Shown here: positions 49,760-59,722 of the stretch, piece after piece
How positions within the stretch are numbered: position 1 is the stretch's first letter
Layout: each line of letters begins with the position of its first letter
NCBI GenBank assembly: GCA_963668315.1
Contig: OY764216.1
Location: 4,256,001-4,320,000 of the forward strand
Direction: 5' to 3'
DNA from: Spirochaetia bacterium
GTDB lineage: Bacteria > Spirochaetota > Spirochaetia > DSM-2461
DNA length: 64,000 nt
Notes under the pieces: generated by a model
What the model saw: the letters and a program-made list of their open reading frames with translations, nothing else
What the model was told of the DNA's origin: nothing
Databases searched by the model: none
Made by a program: the position numbers and the translations under genes

Positions 49760-50983
49760 TTACAGATACTTTTTTATTAGTTCACTTCGGTTCTTGAATA
49801 CGATTGTATCACTATAAAGACTTCCCGATTGAGCAGCCTCCTGAACGAGTTTTATTCTTAATTCTCTATCCCTGGCAATATTAATAATGCAATCGGTTAA
49901 TTCTTCAACATTATTCTTTTCAACAAATAATCCCCCGCCAAATTGGGAAACGAGGTCAACGGGATAGGGAGTCCGGTATCCGACAATAGGGCAACCGGAA
50001 ATCAACGCCTCTATAAGACATCGGGGTGATTCCTGAGTTTTATGACAGAAGACAAAAAGATCACTCTCCTTCATCATATTCAGCAGTTCCTCTCGATTAG
50101 ATACCATCCCGATAAACTTTATAGTATTATCCATTCCTTGCTTCCGGATTTTCTCTGTGATCTGATCTTTCAGATCTCCCACTCCGGCCCATCTGGCTTC
50201 AAAAGGAATTCCTGCGCTTATAAGATTTTTCATTACCTCAACCCAATCTTCAGGTCCTTTCATAGGAACAACCCGCCCGACATAAAGTATTTTCAAAGGC
50301 CTTCCCGAATTAATCCCATCAACTTTTTGCTCCACTTCCTCTTTCGTAATATGGTATTTGGATGAAAGATGAATATCATGAACACAAAAAGAAGTCTTAA
50401 GCAAAGAGGAATAGGTATTGTAACAGTCATTTCCATGAAAAAGGCCCAGTGAAGCCTTTTTAATAGCCTTGTTATTCAAGGCCTGTGAAACCTTGGCTAA
50501 CAGAAAATAGTAAATTTTCTTTATCCCTTTTTTATTTTGCGCATCAAGAAGAATTATATCATGCTCCACCCTGTCCGTCCAAACGGAATATACCCTCTTC
50601 TTGCGGAATGCACGAAGACAGGCAAAACTCCCCCAATCTCCCCAGAATCCGCCTATGGCAAAACTAAGATATTGATGTGTACCGATAAGAGAATCTATTA
50701 ATTTCACAGTTTTTCTATAATTACGCATAAAAGATAAAGGAGTATAAGAATAGGGAAGCGGGAAAACGTCTAATCTGCTTCGTCGTTCAATAAGTTCGAC
50801 AGACTTATACCCCTCCTTACTATGCAGCCTAGGATTAAGAACTGCGGCTAAAGTAACTGATTCAAAGTTCTCCAGCCATAGTCGAAGACCGTTGCAAGCC
50901 TGCTCATCCAGCCAAATAGTCTTGTCCCATTCTTGTAAAAAAACAGGGAGGATTATTAATAAAGATTTCTCAATGGAACACAT
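49760..50983 (-). CDS. GT4 glycosyltransferase
   Basis: VGRVVPMKG and ESPRCLIEAL (EX7E) motifs. Confidence 0.85.
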   Translation of the reverse strand: MCSIEKSLLIILPVFLQEWDKTIWLDEQACNGLRLWLENFESVTLAAVLNPRLHSKEGYKSVELIERRSRLDVFPLPYSYTPLSFMRNYRKTVKLIDSLIGTHQYLSFAIGGFWGDWGSFACLRAFRKKRVYSVWTDRVEHDIILLDAQNKKGIKKIYYFLLAKVSQALNNKAIKKASLGLFHGNDCYNTYSSLLKTSFCVHDIHLSSKYHITKEEVEQKVDGINSGRPLKILYVGRVVPMKGPEDWVEVMKNLISAGIPFEARWAGVGDLKDQITEKIRKQGMDNTIKFIGMVSNREELLNMMKESDLFVFCHKTQESPRCLIEALISGCPIVGYRTPYPVDLVSQFGGGLFVEKNNVEELTDCIINIARDRELRIKLVQEAAQSGSLYSDTIVFKNRSELIKKYL

Positions 50984-51004
50984 AAAAATATATCTCTCCT
51001 GTCT

Positions 51005-52354
51005 CTAAAAATAACTTACCCCTGGCATACCCAGATGTAAAGCCATACGTATTAACAGTACTAACACAATGGCCATAATGAGTAAAATGGTAATAATCAG
51101 GTCATCCAGTAAATGGGCAATATTCTCCCGTAAAAACCCCCAATTCATGACAATATAAGTTGGAATATCATTAAGGGATATGACTATGATAACTCCCAAT
51201 AAGCCAAAGAAATGATAAACCAAAGGAGTCAGAATAATCATATAAAGAAACTTAACAAAATTTCCTATAGATTCATACTGTGGTTTCCCAAATACATACA
51301 GAGAATTACTATTAGACACATAGAGAACATAGGGCCACATCCCAATTGCCAGGATAGGAAGCATCCAGGCAGCGGCATAATATCTATCATCATAGAGCAG
51401 AGTGATTACATAATCTCCAAAACATGTCAGAAGAATGGTTGGAATTGCCGTTAAAAGGAGCAGAATTCGTCTTGGTTTTACAACCATCTTCCGGTATTCA
51501 CCTCTAGGTAGATCACGGTAGCGACTAAATAGAGGGAATAAAACCATACTAGAGAGTCTTCCGACAATCTGCTTTATAAGTTCAGAGAACATAATGGCAA
51601 TATTGAAAAATCCTAAAGCTTTAAAAGTCAATAACTTCCCTAATAAGATTTTATCTATTTGACTAGCCACAAATGTTAATGCAGTTGAAAGAAAAATCCA
51701 TTTCCCAAAATGTAATATCTCACTAAAGTACTGTTTTTCGATTGTAAGTCTTGGTTTGATATCTCCTTTTAAAAGAAAATGACTGAAAAACAGTCGTAGA
51801 GATGAAGAAACCAATGAAATGATGACCAAAGACCATATGCTCCTATAGTAATAGGCAAAAAGTATACCAGCAAGAGCGCCAAAGATTTGAGCAGATAAAT
51901 CGATACAAGATAAAGCACCTTGTTTTAATTCCTTCCTGTACAATAATAATTTGACAGAGTTAAACCCTTGAAGAGATGCTATAGCACCTATAAAGATGAT
52001 AATCCCCTTTAATTGGGGCTCATGATAAAAATAAGCAACAGGAACTGAGATAATCAATGCAATCGCAGTTATTATTCCCCCCCTTACCACTTGTAGTGTC
52101 CAGACAGTATTAATAAACGGTTCCTTATCTGTCTCACCACTTTTTATAACCGAAGGGCCAAGACCGATATCTGAAAACAAATTAATTCCTTGAATAAATA
52201 CATTGGCGATAGAGACTATCCCAAAATATTCGGGAACAAGTAAACGGGTTAAAATTAAGTTATTAGCAAGACGAATTACCTGTCCCAAACCATAACCGAA
52301 CAAGGTAAAAAAAGAAGCTTCTAACGCCAGCCTTTTATGATTTTTACTTTCCAC
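51005..52354 (-). CDS. wzx: Oligosaccharide flippase (Wzx), copy 1
   Basis: LTRLLVPEYFG, FSDIGLG and QIDKILLGK; multi-TM. Confidence 0.88.
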   Translation of the reverse strand: MESKNHKRLALEASFFTLFGYGLGQVIRLANNLILTRLLVPEYFGIVSIANVFIQGINLFSDIGLGPSVIKSGETDKEPFINTVWTLQVVRGGIITAIALIISVPVAYFYHEPQLKGIIIFIGAIASLQGFNSVKLLLYRKELKQGALSCIDLSAQIFGALAGILFAYYYRSIWSLVIISLVSSSLRLFFSHFLLKGDIKPRLTIEKQYFSEILHFGKWIFLSTALTFVASQIDKILLGKLLTFKALGFFNIAIMFSELIKQIVGRLSSMVLFPLFSRYRDLPRGEYRKMVVKPRRILLLLTAIPTILLTCFGDYVITLLYDDRYYAAAWMLPILAIGMWPYVLYVSNSNSLYVFGKPQYESIGNFVKFLYMIILTPLVYHFFGLLGVIIVISLNDIPTYIVMNWGFLRENIAHLLDDLIITILLIMAIVLVLLIRMALHLGMPGVSYF

Positions 52355-52393
52355 TAAATTTCCTTTTATTATTTATTCTATTAATTGATGATT

Positions 52394-53713
52394 TTACACC
52401 GCTAAAAGATTTCTCTTATTATTAACTAAATACTCACAATAACTAACTAATGCGCCCGAGCATAATGTATAAATAACATTCATCATCGCATTCACAAGGC
52501 AATCATAAGCGAAAAGTATGATAATCAAACATAGAACAATACTTTCAAGACAAAAATGATTTTTCTTCATATTTCTTATGATTGTAAGAGGACCAGCAAG
52601 AATAAGAGTAAACTGACTCAACAACCCAAGTAAACCTTGGGAAGCATATGAAATAATCCATAAAGAATCGACAACCACAGCTCGGTTTGTTAATGGGTTG
52701 ACTCCATTTATCCCACGAGCCCATCGGCTCCAACCCCAAAATACTTGTCCTAAACCCATACTTTTTAATAAAACCTCTTCTGAATTCAGCCGGAACAATA
52801 GTGACTCGATTCGTTCTTCATCAAAAAAGCGTGACATCAAAATAGAAAGATCATTAACAGTAACTAAACTCTGAATTCTCAGAAGAAAATAAACGGGGAC
52901 TATAATTATTAGTAATACAAAGAATTTCTCTGTAGTCTTTCTTTTATATATAAACCAAGAAAATAGTCCCAATATACCTAAAAAGAGAGCTCCCTTTGAT
53001 TTGGACATTACTAGAGTTGTAAAACAGACAGCAAATACGATAAGAAGAGGTAAGTGAAACATTTTTCGAATGTTCTTATCTCTCCACATCCAAAAAGAAA
53101 CAACAGCTCCGGCCATTAACCAAAAAGACACCATTAATCCATGGGTCATAAAAACAATGGGCCTATATCCGCCATATCTGAAATGCTGTATCCAGCTATG
53201 TTGAAAAAAACCATATATTTTAAGATTCAGCTGAGGACTCATCCTTAATTCATACTGGCATAGAGGAACATATATCAACACCCCAGCCAAGATGTAGCGA
53301 ATTAGCAATTTCAAGTCCTCTTCTTTCCTGAAATATTTTCGTCCTGTAACGAAAGAGACTCCCCATGAAAAAAATAAGGCTAACCCGTTAACAAAACCTT
53401 CATAAGCTCCAAAGCCATTGATGACTGATGAGATAATGGGACTAATAAAACAATAAAGAATCAAAATTCTATCAAAGTTATTTTTTTTATATTTGACCCT
53501 CTTTTTCGATAATGCTTCCCCAATCAAAATTCCCAAAGCAATGGCGACTTCCTTGTTATAAGTAATAACAGGCAGATCTATTGAGAGTTTGGGCAAAAAA
53601 CAGATGCCCCCGATATAGGAGAGAAGTACGGCAACTCTTGCATCTTTCTTCTGAAACCAGTAAATAGTGAGAGGCACCCAAAAGATCAGCATAAATTTTG
53701 CAAAAATCATCAT
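52394..53713 (-). CDS. Wzy polymerase/O-antigen ligase-family membrane protein
   Basis: Multi-TM; RYGGYRP...H, SKSKGA and DSLWI...GLLG; lies between two flippases. Confidence 0.75.
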   Translation of the reverse strand: MMIFAKFMLIFWVPLTIYWFQKKDARVAVLLSYIGGICFLPKLSIDLPVITYNKEVAIALGILIGEALSKKRVKYKKNNFDRILILYCFISPIISSVINGFGAYEGFVNGLALFFSWGVSFVTGRKYFRKEEDLKLLIRYILAGVLIYVPLCQYELRMSPQLNLKIYGFFQHSWIQHFRYGGYRPIVFMTHGLMVSFWLMAGAVVSFWMWRDKNIRKMFHLPLLIVFAVCFTTLVMSKSKGALFLGILGLFSWFIYKRKTTEKFFVLLIIIVPVYFLLRIQSLVTVNDLSILMSRFFDEERIESLLFRLNSEEVLLKSMGLGQVFWGWSRWARGINGVNPLTNRAVVVDSLWIISYASQGLLGLLSQFTLILAGPLTIIRNMKKNHFCLESIVLCLIIILFAYDCLVNAMMNVIYTLCSGALVSYCEYLVNNKRNLLAV

Positions 53714-53764
53714 ATCTTTCTTATGCCTCTTCCTATACCCGGTTCATTTTATTACTTAATACTA

Positions 53765-55114
53765 TCATAAAAACTGCGCCCCTGGCAGTCCCCAATGGAA
53801 CATAAGACGTACAAGTATAAAAAGTCCAATAATAATAGCCAGAAATACAGTAGAGATCAAATCGTCGAACAAGAGGGATATTCTTTCCTTTAAATATCCC
53901 CAGTTCAAAACAATATATGGTGGCAGATCATTAAGAGCGATGGCGATAATAACACCTATCAGCCCGAAATACCGATAAGCAAAAGGAAGGAGAATCACCA
54001 TATAGAGAAATTTAACAAGATTTCCATAAGCATGGTATTGGGCTTTTCCCAAAACATAAAGGGAATTGCTGTTGGAAATGTACAAGGCATAAGGCCACAT
54101 ACCCAAAGCCAAAACGGGGAGCATCCATGCGGCCGCTTTATATCTGTCGTCATAGAGAATAGTAATTAAAAAATCCCCGTAGCAGACCAGAAAAGCCGTA
54201 AGTATCCCAGTAAGAAGAAGAAGGATTCTCCGCGGTTTTTTGATCATTTCCCGGTAGTCCTTGCGTGACAGATGCTGGTATTTACTATAAAGAGGAAAAA
54301 GCACCATTCCGGAAAGCCTCTCTAAAACCTGTTTGATAAGTTCAGAAAACATAATGGCAATATTGAAGACCCCCAGGGTTTCAAAGGACAAAAGCTTTCC
54401 CAAAAGGATCTTGTCGGTTTGTCCAGCCACGAATGTCATGGAAGTGGCGAAAAAAATCCACTTTCCGAATTGCAATATTTCATTAATATATTTCTTTTCC
54501 AGAACGATACGAGGTTTTATATTTCCCTTAAGAATAAGATGACTACCCAAGAGTTCTAAAAGAGACCCGAAGAAAGCGGAAATAACAAGAGACCAGATCG
54601 TTCTAAAGTAATAAGCGATGGCGATTCCAATGACAGCAGTAATAATCTGAATAGCTAAATACATAAGAGACAGGATTCCCTGTTTTAACTCTTTATTATA
54701 CAGAGCCAGATTCGTGGAATTAAACCCTTCCAGAAGGGAAAAGGAACCTATGAAAATAATCATGCCAATAAGCTTTGGCTCATTGTAAAATTTAGCTACC
54801 GGAACAGCTATTAGGATAGAAATAACAGTAAGGATCACACCTCTTATGATTTGAATCGTCCAGACAGTATTGATAAATTCCTCATCATCGGTTTTATCGC
54901 TCCTTATAATAGAAGGACCTAACCCTATATCGGAAAAGAGATTTATCCCAACGATAAATACATTGGCGATAGAAACTATTCCAAAATACTCCGGAACAAG
55001 CAACCGGGTAAGAATCAGATTATTTACCAGTCTGATGACTTGAGAAGAACCGAACCCGAATAGTGTAAAGAAAGATGCCTCCAAAGCAATTCGTTTATTA
55101 GACTTTTGTTTCAT
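53765..55114 (-). CDS. wzx: Oligosaccharide flippase (Wzx), copy 2
   Basis: 449 aa, clearly paralogous to 51005-52354. Confidence 0.88.
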   Translation of the reverse strand: MKQKSNKRIALEASFFTLFGFGSSQVIRLVNNLILTRLLVPEYFGIVSIANVFIVGINLFSDIGLGPSIIRSDKTDDEEFINTVWTIQIIRGVILTVISILIAVPVAKFYNEPKLIGMIIFIGSFSLLEGFNSTNLALYNKELKQGILSLMYLAIQIITAVIGIAIAYYFRTIWSLVISAFFGSLLELLGSHLILKGNIKPRIVLEKKYINEILQFGKWIFFATSMTFVAGQTDKILLGKLLSFETLGVFNIAIMFSELIKQVLERLSGMVLFPLYSKYQHLSRKDYREMIKKPRRILLLLTGILTAFLVCYGDFLITILYDDRYKAAAWMLPVLALGMWPYALYISNSNSLYVLGKAQYHAYGNLVKFLYMVILLPFAYRYFGLIGVIIAIALNDLPPYIVLNWGYLKERISLLFDDLISTVFLAIIIGLFILVRLMFHWGLPGAQFL

Positions 55115-55132
55115 TTTTACCTAAGAAAAACC

Positions 55133-58100
55133 CTATCGGGCAACTTTCATCCTTCTTTGTTTTTGTTTTTCCACTCTCGAAAGGATATGAGAGCGCGGCT
55201 CACCGCCTCCTCCTGCCCGTAGATATCCGGCCAGACTCTCCACAGTGGTGTAACGGAACATCATGGCAACGGGAATTTCCTCTTTTGCCAATTTTCCCAG
55301 TTCCCGATGCATTTCCATAATCTGAAGAGAGGTTCCGCCCAAATCAAAAAAATTATCTCTGGGACCGATAGGTACATTCAGAATCCTCTCCCAAATTTGG
55401 GCAATTTGCTTTTCCATCTCTCCTTCAATCTTTTCTTTAACCAAGTTCTGACTCTTCATCATAGTCAAATCTCTGGGCAGTTTCTTTCTGTCAAGTTTTC
55501 CATTATCACTCAGTGGCAGCTCTTCCAGAGAAAAGATAAGGGAGGGAACCATATATTTAGGAGACGTCTTTAGAATATGGCTTTTTAAAACCTCAATATT
55601 TAGTTCTCCGTCTTCGGGCACAACATAAGCGATAAGCCGTTGATCAGTACCGAAATCACCGTCCACTATGACGGCCGACGTTTTTACCCCCGGATGGTTG
55701 TTCAGGGTCGATTCAATCTCTCCCAGTTCGATACGCTGTCCGTGCAGCTGAACCTGATTATCGCTTCTTCCGAAATAGAGAACATCTCCGTCCATCGTCC
55801 ACTGTGCCAGATCACCGGAAAGATACATCTTACGGTTGCTATCAAGAAAGTGATCGACAAAAACCTTTTCCGTTAAATCTCCCCTCTTATAGTATCCCCT
55901 GGCCAACCCGGAACCGGCCAGATAAAGATCTCCCAGAACCCCTGGAGGAAGGGGACGCAAACTCTTATCCAAAACATAAACCTGAGTATCGGATACGGGT
56001 TTTCCGATAGGGACGACGGAACATTCCTTCTCACAATTCCAGTAAGTTATGAAAATGGTCGCCTCCGTTGGTCCGTAAAGGTTATGGAGTCTGGCTTGGG
56101 GAAACTTCCTGTAAAAATCATTTACGACCCCTGCCGGCAGTGCTTCTCCGCAGCAAAGCACATCCCCTATCATGGGGCAGCTTTCGGGATTCGTCGTATT
56201 CAGAAAAACATTTAAGAGGGAAGGGACAAAATGAAGAATGGATATATTCTCCCTTTGAATTATATCGGTCAGATAGCTATTGTCCAGATGTCCCTCAGGC
56301 TCAGCGATAACCAGAGGAGCGCCCGTTGTCAGGGGAAGCCAGAACTCCATACCTGAAACATCAAAATTATAGGGTGTCTTTAATAGGGTTTTTCTTTCCG
56401 TTCCGAAGTGGAATGTCCTGTTCATCCACAGGATCCGGTCAGTCAGCCCTCCATGCTCCACCTCAACACCCTTGGGTTTCCCCGTTGAGCCGGACGTATA
56501 AAAAAGGTAGGCTCGTGTCGAGGAAGCCACAGCCCCATCCGGATTTCCGGGATCGTCCCCCTCTATAAGGCGGCTATCGTCCAGAGACAGGATATTGACT
56601 TCGGGGAAATCTGCCCTGAGAATCTCTTCATACGCTTTCATTGACAGAAGAAGAGATAGGCCGGTATCCTCTACAAGATATTTTTTGTATTCTCTGGGAT
56701 GGGTCGGTTCAATCGGCATATAGGATGCCCCCGTTTTGAGGATTCCCAGCATACCAACCACCATCTCTAAGGACCTTTCCAGGGAAAGCCCTATGACCGC
56801 TTCCGGCTGTGCGCCCAATCGGATCAATTCTTCGGCGAGTATATTTGCCCGGCGATTCAATTCTCCATAGGAGAGGGATTCACCCCTGAAGCGAAGAGCT
56901 GTTTTCATCGGTTGCTGACTCACTTGCTCTTCAAAATATTGATGTACTCCTTTGAACTCCACCGGCGGGTATGAAGTATTGTTCCAGTCATAACATACTT
57001 TCTGTCTCCACACCTCAGAAACCCACACCGTTTGGGAGAGGGGAAAATCGACACCCTGAACAATTTGTTCCATAATGGTTAAAAAGGAGGCAGGGAAAAG
57101 TTCTGCCCTCTCTTTTGTAAAAAGAGCCTCATTAAACTCCAGCTCCCAATGATATATATCGTCTCTTTCCCAGAAATAAAAAAACAAGTCCAGTTGAGAA
57201 CCATGACCGGGAATAGCAAGCGGTTCAACAGTCAGGCCGTCCAGAGTCAATTCCATGGGGTATTCATTTGTAAAGCCGACCTGAAAAAGGGGGTTGTACT
57301 TCCTGTCTAACTCCCCTTTCACCGCTTTGATAACCTGAAGATAGGGAACAAATTGGTTCCTGTGAACAAGAAGCATCTTTCTTCGAACCTGTTTTAGCAG
57401 ATCGATGAACGTCATATCTTCGGAAAAATCAATTACCAAAGGAAGGATATTCATAAAACACCCGAAAATATCCTCGAAGATTGGCTTACCCCGATTTGTG
57501 CGCGGTACACCTACGGCAATTCTATCCTGCCCGGAATATTTATGAAGCAACAGATAATACGCCGCAAGAAGAACGAGATAAGGAGACGTGCTTTCTTTTT
57601 CACAGTACCTGTGCAATGCAATGGAAAGGTCTGATGAAAATTCACCTGCAAGACGAGAGCCTGTTGTCCGGGAAAAAGAAGGTCTTTCGAAATCAGTTGT
57701 CAGAGTCAGGGGATCGGAAACAAGATTCATTCTTTGCCAAAAGTCGTTCATTTTCCCGTAATCGTCGGAACCGGAAAAGTCCTCCATACTCCTTACATAA
57801 CACTCATAGGAGACCGCCTCCCTCAGAGAAGGCTCCGCCCCCCGGATAAGACTATTATAGATAAGGCTAAATTCCTCTCCGAAAATATCCTTGGAACGAA
57901 GATCCACAATCAGGTGATGAAACACGAAAAGAAGACGTCTCTTGCTGCCGTCTTTATAGAGAATAAAACGGAAAAGCGGTCCCTTTTCTATATAAAAGGG
58001 AGTGCAGATATCCTCTTCCAACCCTTCGGCAGAATACTCTTTTTCAGTGAGTTCGAAATACAGGTCGTCGTATACGATCTGTTCCGGTCCTTCCGTCCCC

Positions 58101-58294
58101 ATAATGAACCTGGCACGGAGCATTTCATGTCTATTAACAAGCAAATCAAGGGTCTTTCGAACCGCATCGGTATTCAAAGAACCTTTAATCTCAAATAGAG
58201 AGGCCATATTGTATGCGGAACCCTCCGGTTCCTGTTGGTACTGAAGCCAAAACTGCTTCTGTACGGCAGAAAGGTTTAACCGTTTCTCATGCAT
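55133..58294 (-). CDS. NRPS module C-A-T (atypical specificity code)
   Basis: C HHLIVDL; A YTSGSTGKPKG, YGPTE and NGKLD; T LGGTS; code DVMHLCLIFK. Likely start ATG 58294 overlapping the upstream stop (track 58327). Confidence 0.92.
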   Translation of the reverse strand: MHEKRLNLSAVQKQFWLQYQQEPEGSAYNMASLFEIKGSLNTDAVRKTLDLLVNRHEMLRARFIMGTEGPEQIVYDDLYFELTEKEYSAEGLEEDICTPFYIEKGPLFRFILYKDGSKRRLLFVFHHLIVDLRSKDIFGEEFSLIYNSLIRGAEPSLREAVSYECYVRSMEDFSGSDDYGKMNDFWQRMNLVSDPLTLTTDFERPSFSRTTGSRLAGEFSSDLSIALHRYCEKESTSPYLVLLAAYYLLLHKYSGQDRIAVGVPRTNRGKPIFEDIFGCFMNILPLVIDFSEDMTFIDLLKQVRRKMLLVHRNQFVPYLQVIKAVKGELDRKYNPLFQVGFTNEYPMELTLDGLTVEPLAIPGHGSQLDLFFYFWERDDIYHWELEFNEALFTKERAELFPASFLTIMEQIVQGVDFPLSQTVWVSEVWRQKVCYDWNNTSYPPVEFKGVHQYFEEQVSQQPMKTALRFRGESLSYGELNRRANILAEELIRLGAQPEAVIGLSLERSLEMVVGMLGILKTGASYMPIEPTHPREYKKYLVEDTGLSLLLSMKAYEEILRADFPEVNILSLDDSRLIEGDDPGNPDGAVASSTRAYLFYTSGSTGKPKGVEVEHGGLTDRILWMNRTFHFGTERKTLLKTPYNFDVSGMEFWLPLTTGAPLVIAEPEGHLDNSYLTDIIQRENISILHFVPSLLNVFLNTTNPESCPMIGDVLCCGEALPAGVVNDFYRKFPQARLHNLYGPTEATIFITYWNCEKECSVVPIGKPVSDTQVYVLDKSLRPLPPGVLGDLYLAGSGLARGYYKRGDLTEKVFVDHFLDSNRKMYLSGDLAQWTMDGDVLYFGRSDNQVQLHGQRIELGEIESTLNNHPGVKTSAVIVDGDFGTDQRLIAYVVPEDGELNIEVLKSHILKTSPKYMVPSLIFSLEELPLSDNGKLDRKKLPRDLTMMKSQNLVKEKIEGEMEKQIAQIWERILNVPIGPRDNFFDLGGTSLQIMEMHRELGKLAKEEIPVAMMFRYTTVESLAGYLRAGGGGEPRSHILSRVEKQKQRRMKVAR

Positions 58295-59597
58295 TGGTAA
58301 ACTGCTCCACATCATAACGTCCGACAAAAATGGGAACCTTCCCTTCGGGAGAACCGGATTTTTCCAGAAGATTCGTCAGATATGTGCGGTCATCCCACCC
58401 CTGGCTATGGCATAATCCCAGAATACCCATGTTCTCTCTGCTGCCGACTTGCGCTCTTAACTTGATTTTAGGAATAAAGGCTTTAATCTCGTCATCGACC
58501 TGATAAAGATTCACTAATTTTTTGGGATCACCATGGAGCAGGACCGATTCGTCCAAAGACATGTAGAGATCAAAGAGAACGGAATATGGCTGGATACAGA
58601 CCAATCCGTAAGAGGTAAAAGGACTGATTTCCCGATCCGACGTGTCCAGTCCACCTATCAAATACTGCTGGAGCTGCTTCTTCCCTACCCGGGGCAGCTT
58701 GTAATACTCCTTGCCATCGATCACTTCACCGGCATAATCGCAGGTGAATTCATTCATAAGGTCTCCCGTCAGGATAATGACCTTTTCCCGGTCAATTCTT
58801 TCATCCCCATCAACCAGTGTTTTGATATTCCTGGCCAGAAGAATATTCAGGGCGGCGCAATGAACGTTAAAATCACGAAAATCCTGACAACTGTAGGGGG
58901 CTTCTCCCATGGCGTCCAGAATATCTTCCCGGGAAGCGGGGAAAGTTTTATGGGTTATTCCGATATGCCCGGCAATCTTTATTGATTTTTCCGAATCTTC
59001 CGATTTACCCAGATCTAGGGTACACGCGATGGGAGAATCAAGATAAGCCGCGGCTTTAGAGGCGATGATTGTACTATCCAGACCTCCTGAAAGGGCAATG
59101 AAAACCGTCCAACCTTCTTTTTCCTTCCGGCGGATAGACTGAAATACAAGGTTCAAACGATGGTTAAGTTCATCCTGAAAGTCCTTAACATCCTCCGTTA
59201 GGGCCCCCCAGTCAAAGGCATCCCTGTTCAATGTGCCCTGAGGTTCTACAACAGGAGCCAAAGACCGAAGCTTAGTTAAACCATGCGAAGAGAGTCGTAC
59301 TTTATAACCGGCAGGCAAGGAGCAGATCTTTGTATTCCAATGAAAAAGATCAGTAAATCTTCGCGAAAAATGGAATTTTCCCTCGCCGTCCCGACAGTAG
59401 AAAAGTTTATGGATACCCAAGGGATCCCTTACACCTTCATAAGTCCCTTCATCAATCCTCCTGAGACAGGCGAACTGTCCGTAGATTGTCCCCTCATCAT
59501 AATGATCCAATGAGTCCCTGAACAGATCTGCATCTCTGTCTATGATAAATGTATTATGACCCCACTTTTCTATAATAAAAGGAGTATTATCTTTCAC
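58287..59597 (-). CDS. Asparagine-synthase-related protein lacking the Cys1 glutaminase start
   Basis: GQFA, RDPLGIHKLFY, ALSGGLDST (PP-loop) and LTGDLMNE; no MCG N-terminus; 436 aa. Confidence 0.75.
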   Translation of the reverse strand: MKDNTPFIIEKWGHNTFIIDRDADLFRDSLDHYDEGTIYGQFACLRRIDEGTYEGVRDPLGIHKLFYCRDGEGKFHFSRRFTDLFHWNTKICSLPAGYKVRLSSHGLTKLRSLAPVVEPQGTLNRDAFDWGALTEDVKDFQDELNHRLNLVFQSIRRKEKEGWTVFIALSGGLDSTIIASKAAAYLDSPIACTLDLGKSEDSEKSIKIAGHIGITHKTFPASREDILDAMGEAPYSCQDFRDFNVHCAALNILLARNIKTLVDGDERIDREKVIILTGDLMNEFTCDYAGEVIDGKEYYKLPRVGKKQLQQYLIGGLDTSDREISPFTSYGLVCIQPYSVLFDLYMSLDESVLLHGDPKKLVNLYQVDDEIKAFIPKIKLRAQVGSRENMGILGLCHSQGWDDRTYLTNLLEKSGSPEGKVPIFVGRYDVEQFTNA

Positions 59598-59722
59598 TTT
59601 TCTCTCCCATTCTTAAATCCGAAACAATAAGACACAACTTAATATACCGGAATATTCATAAAAAATCTAAATTATTTAGATGAATGAAATGAAAAACCGT
59701 TTTTCTCAGATATACTAAAGAT

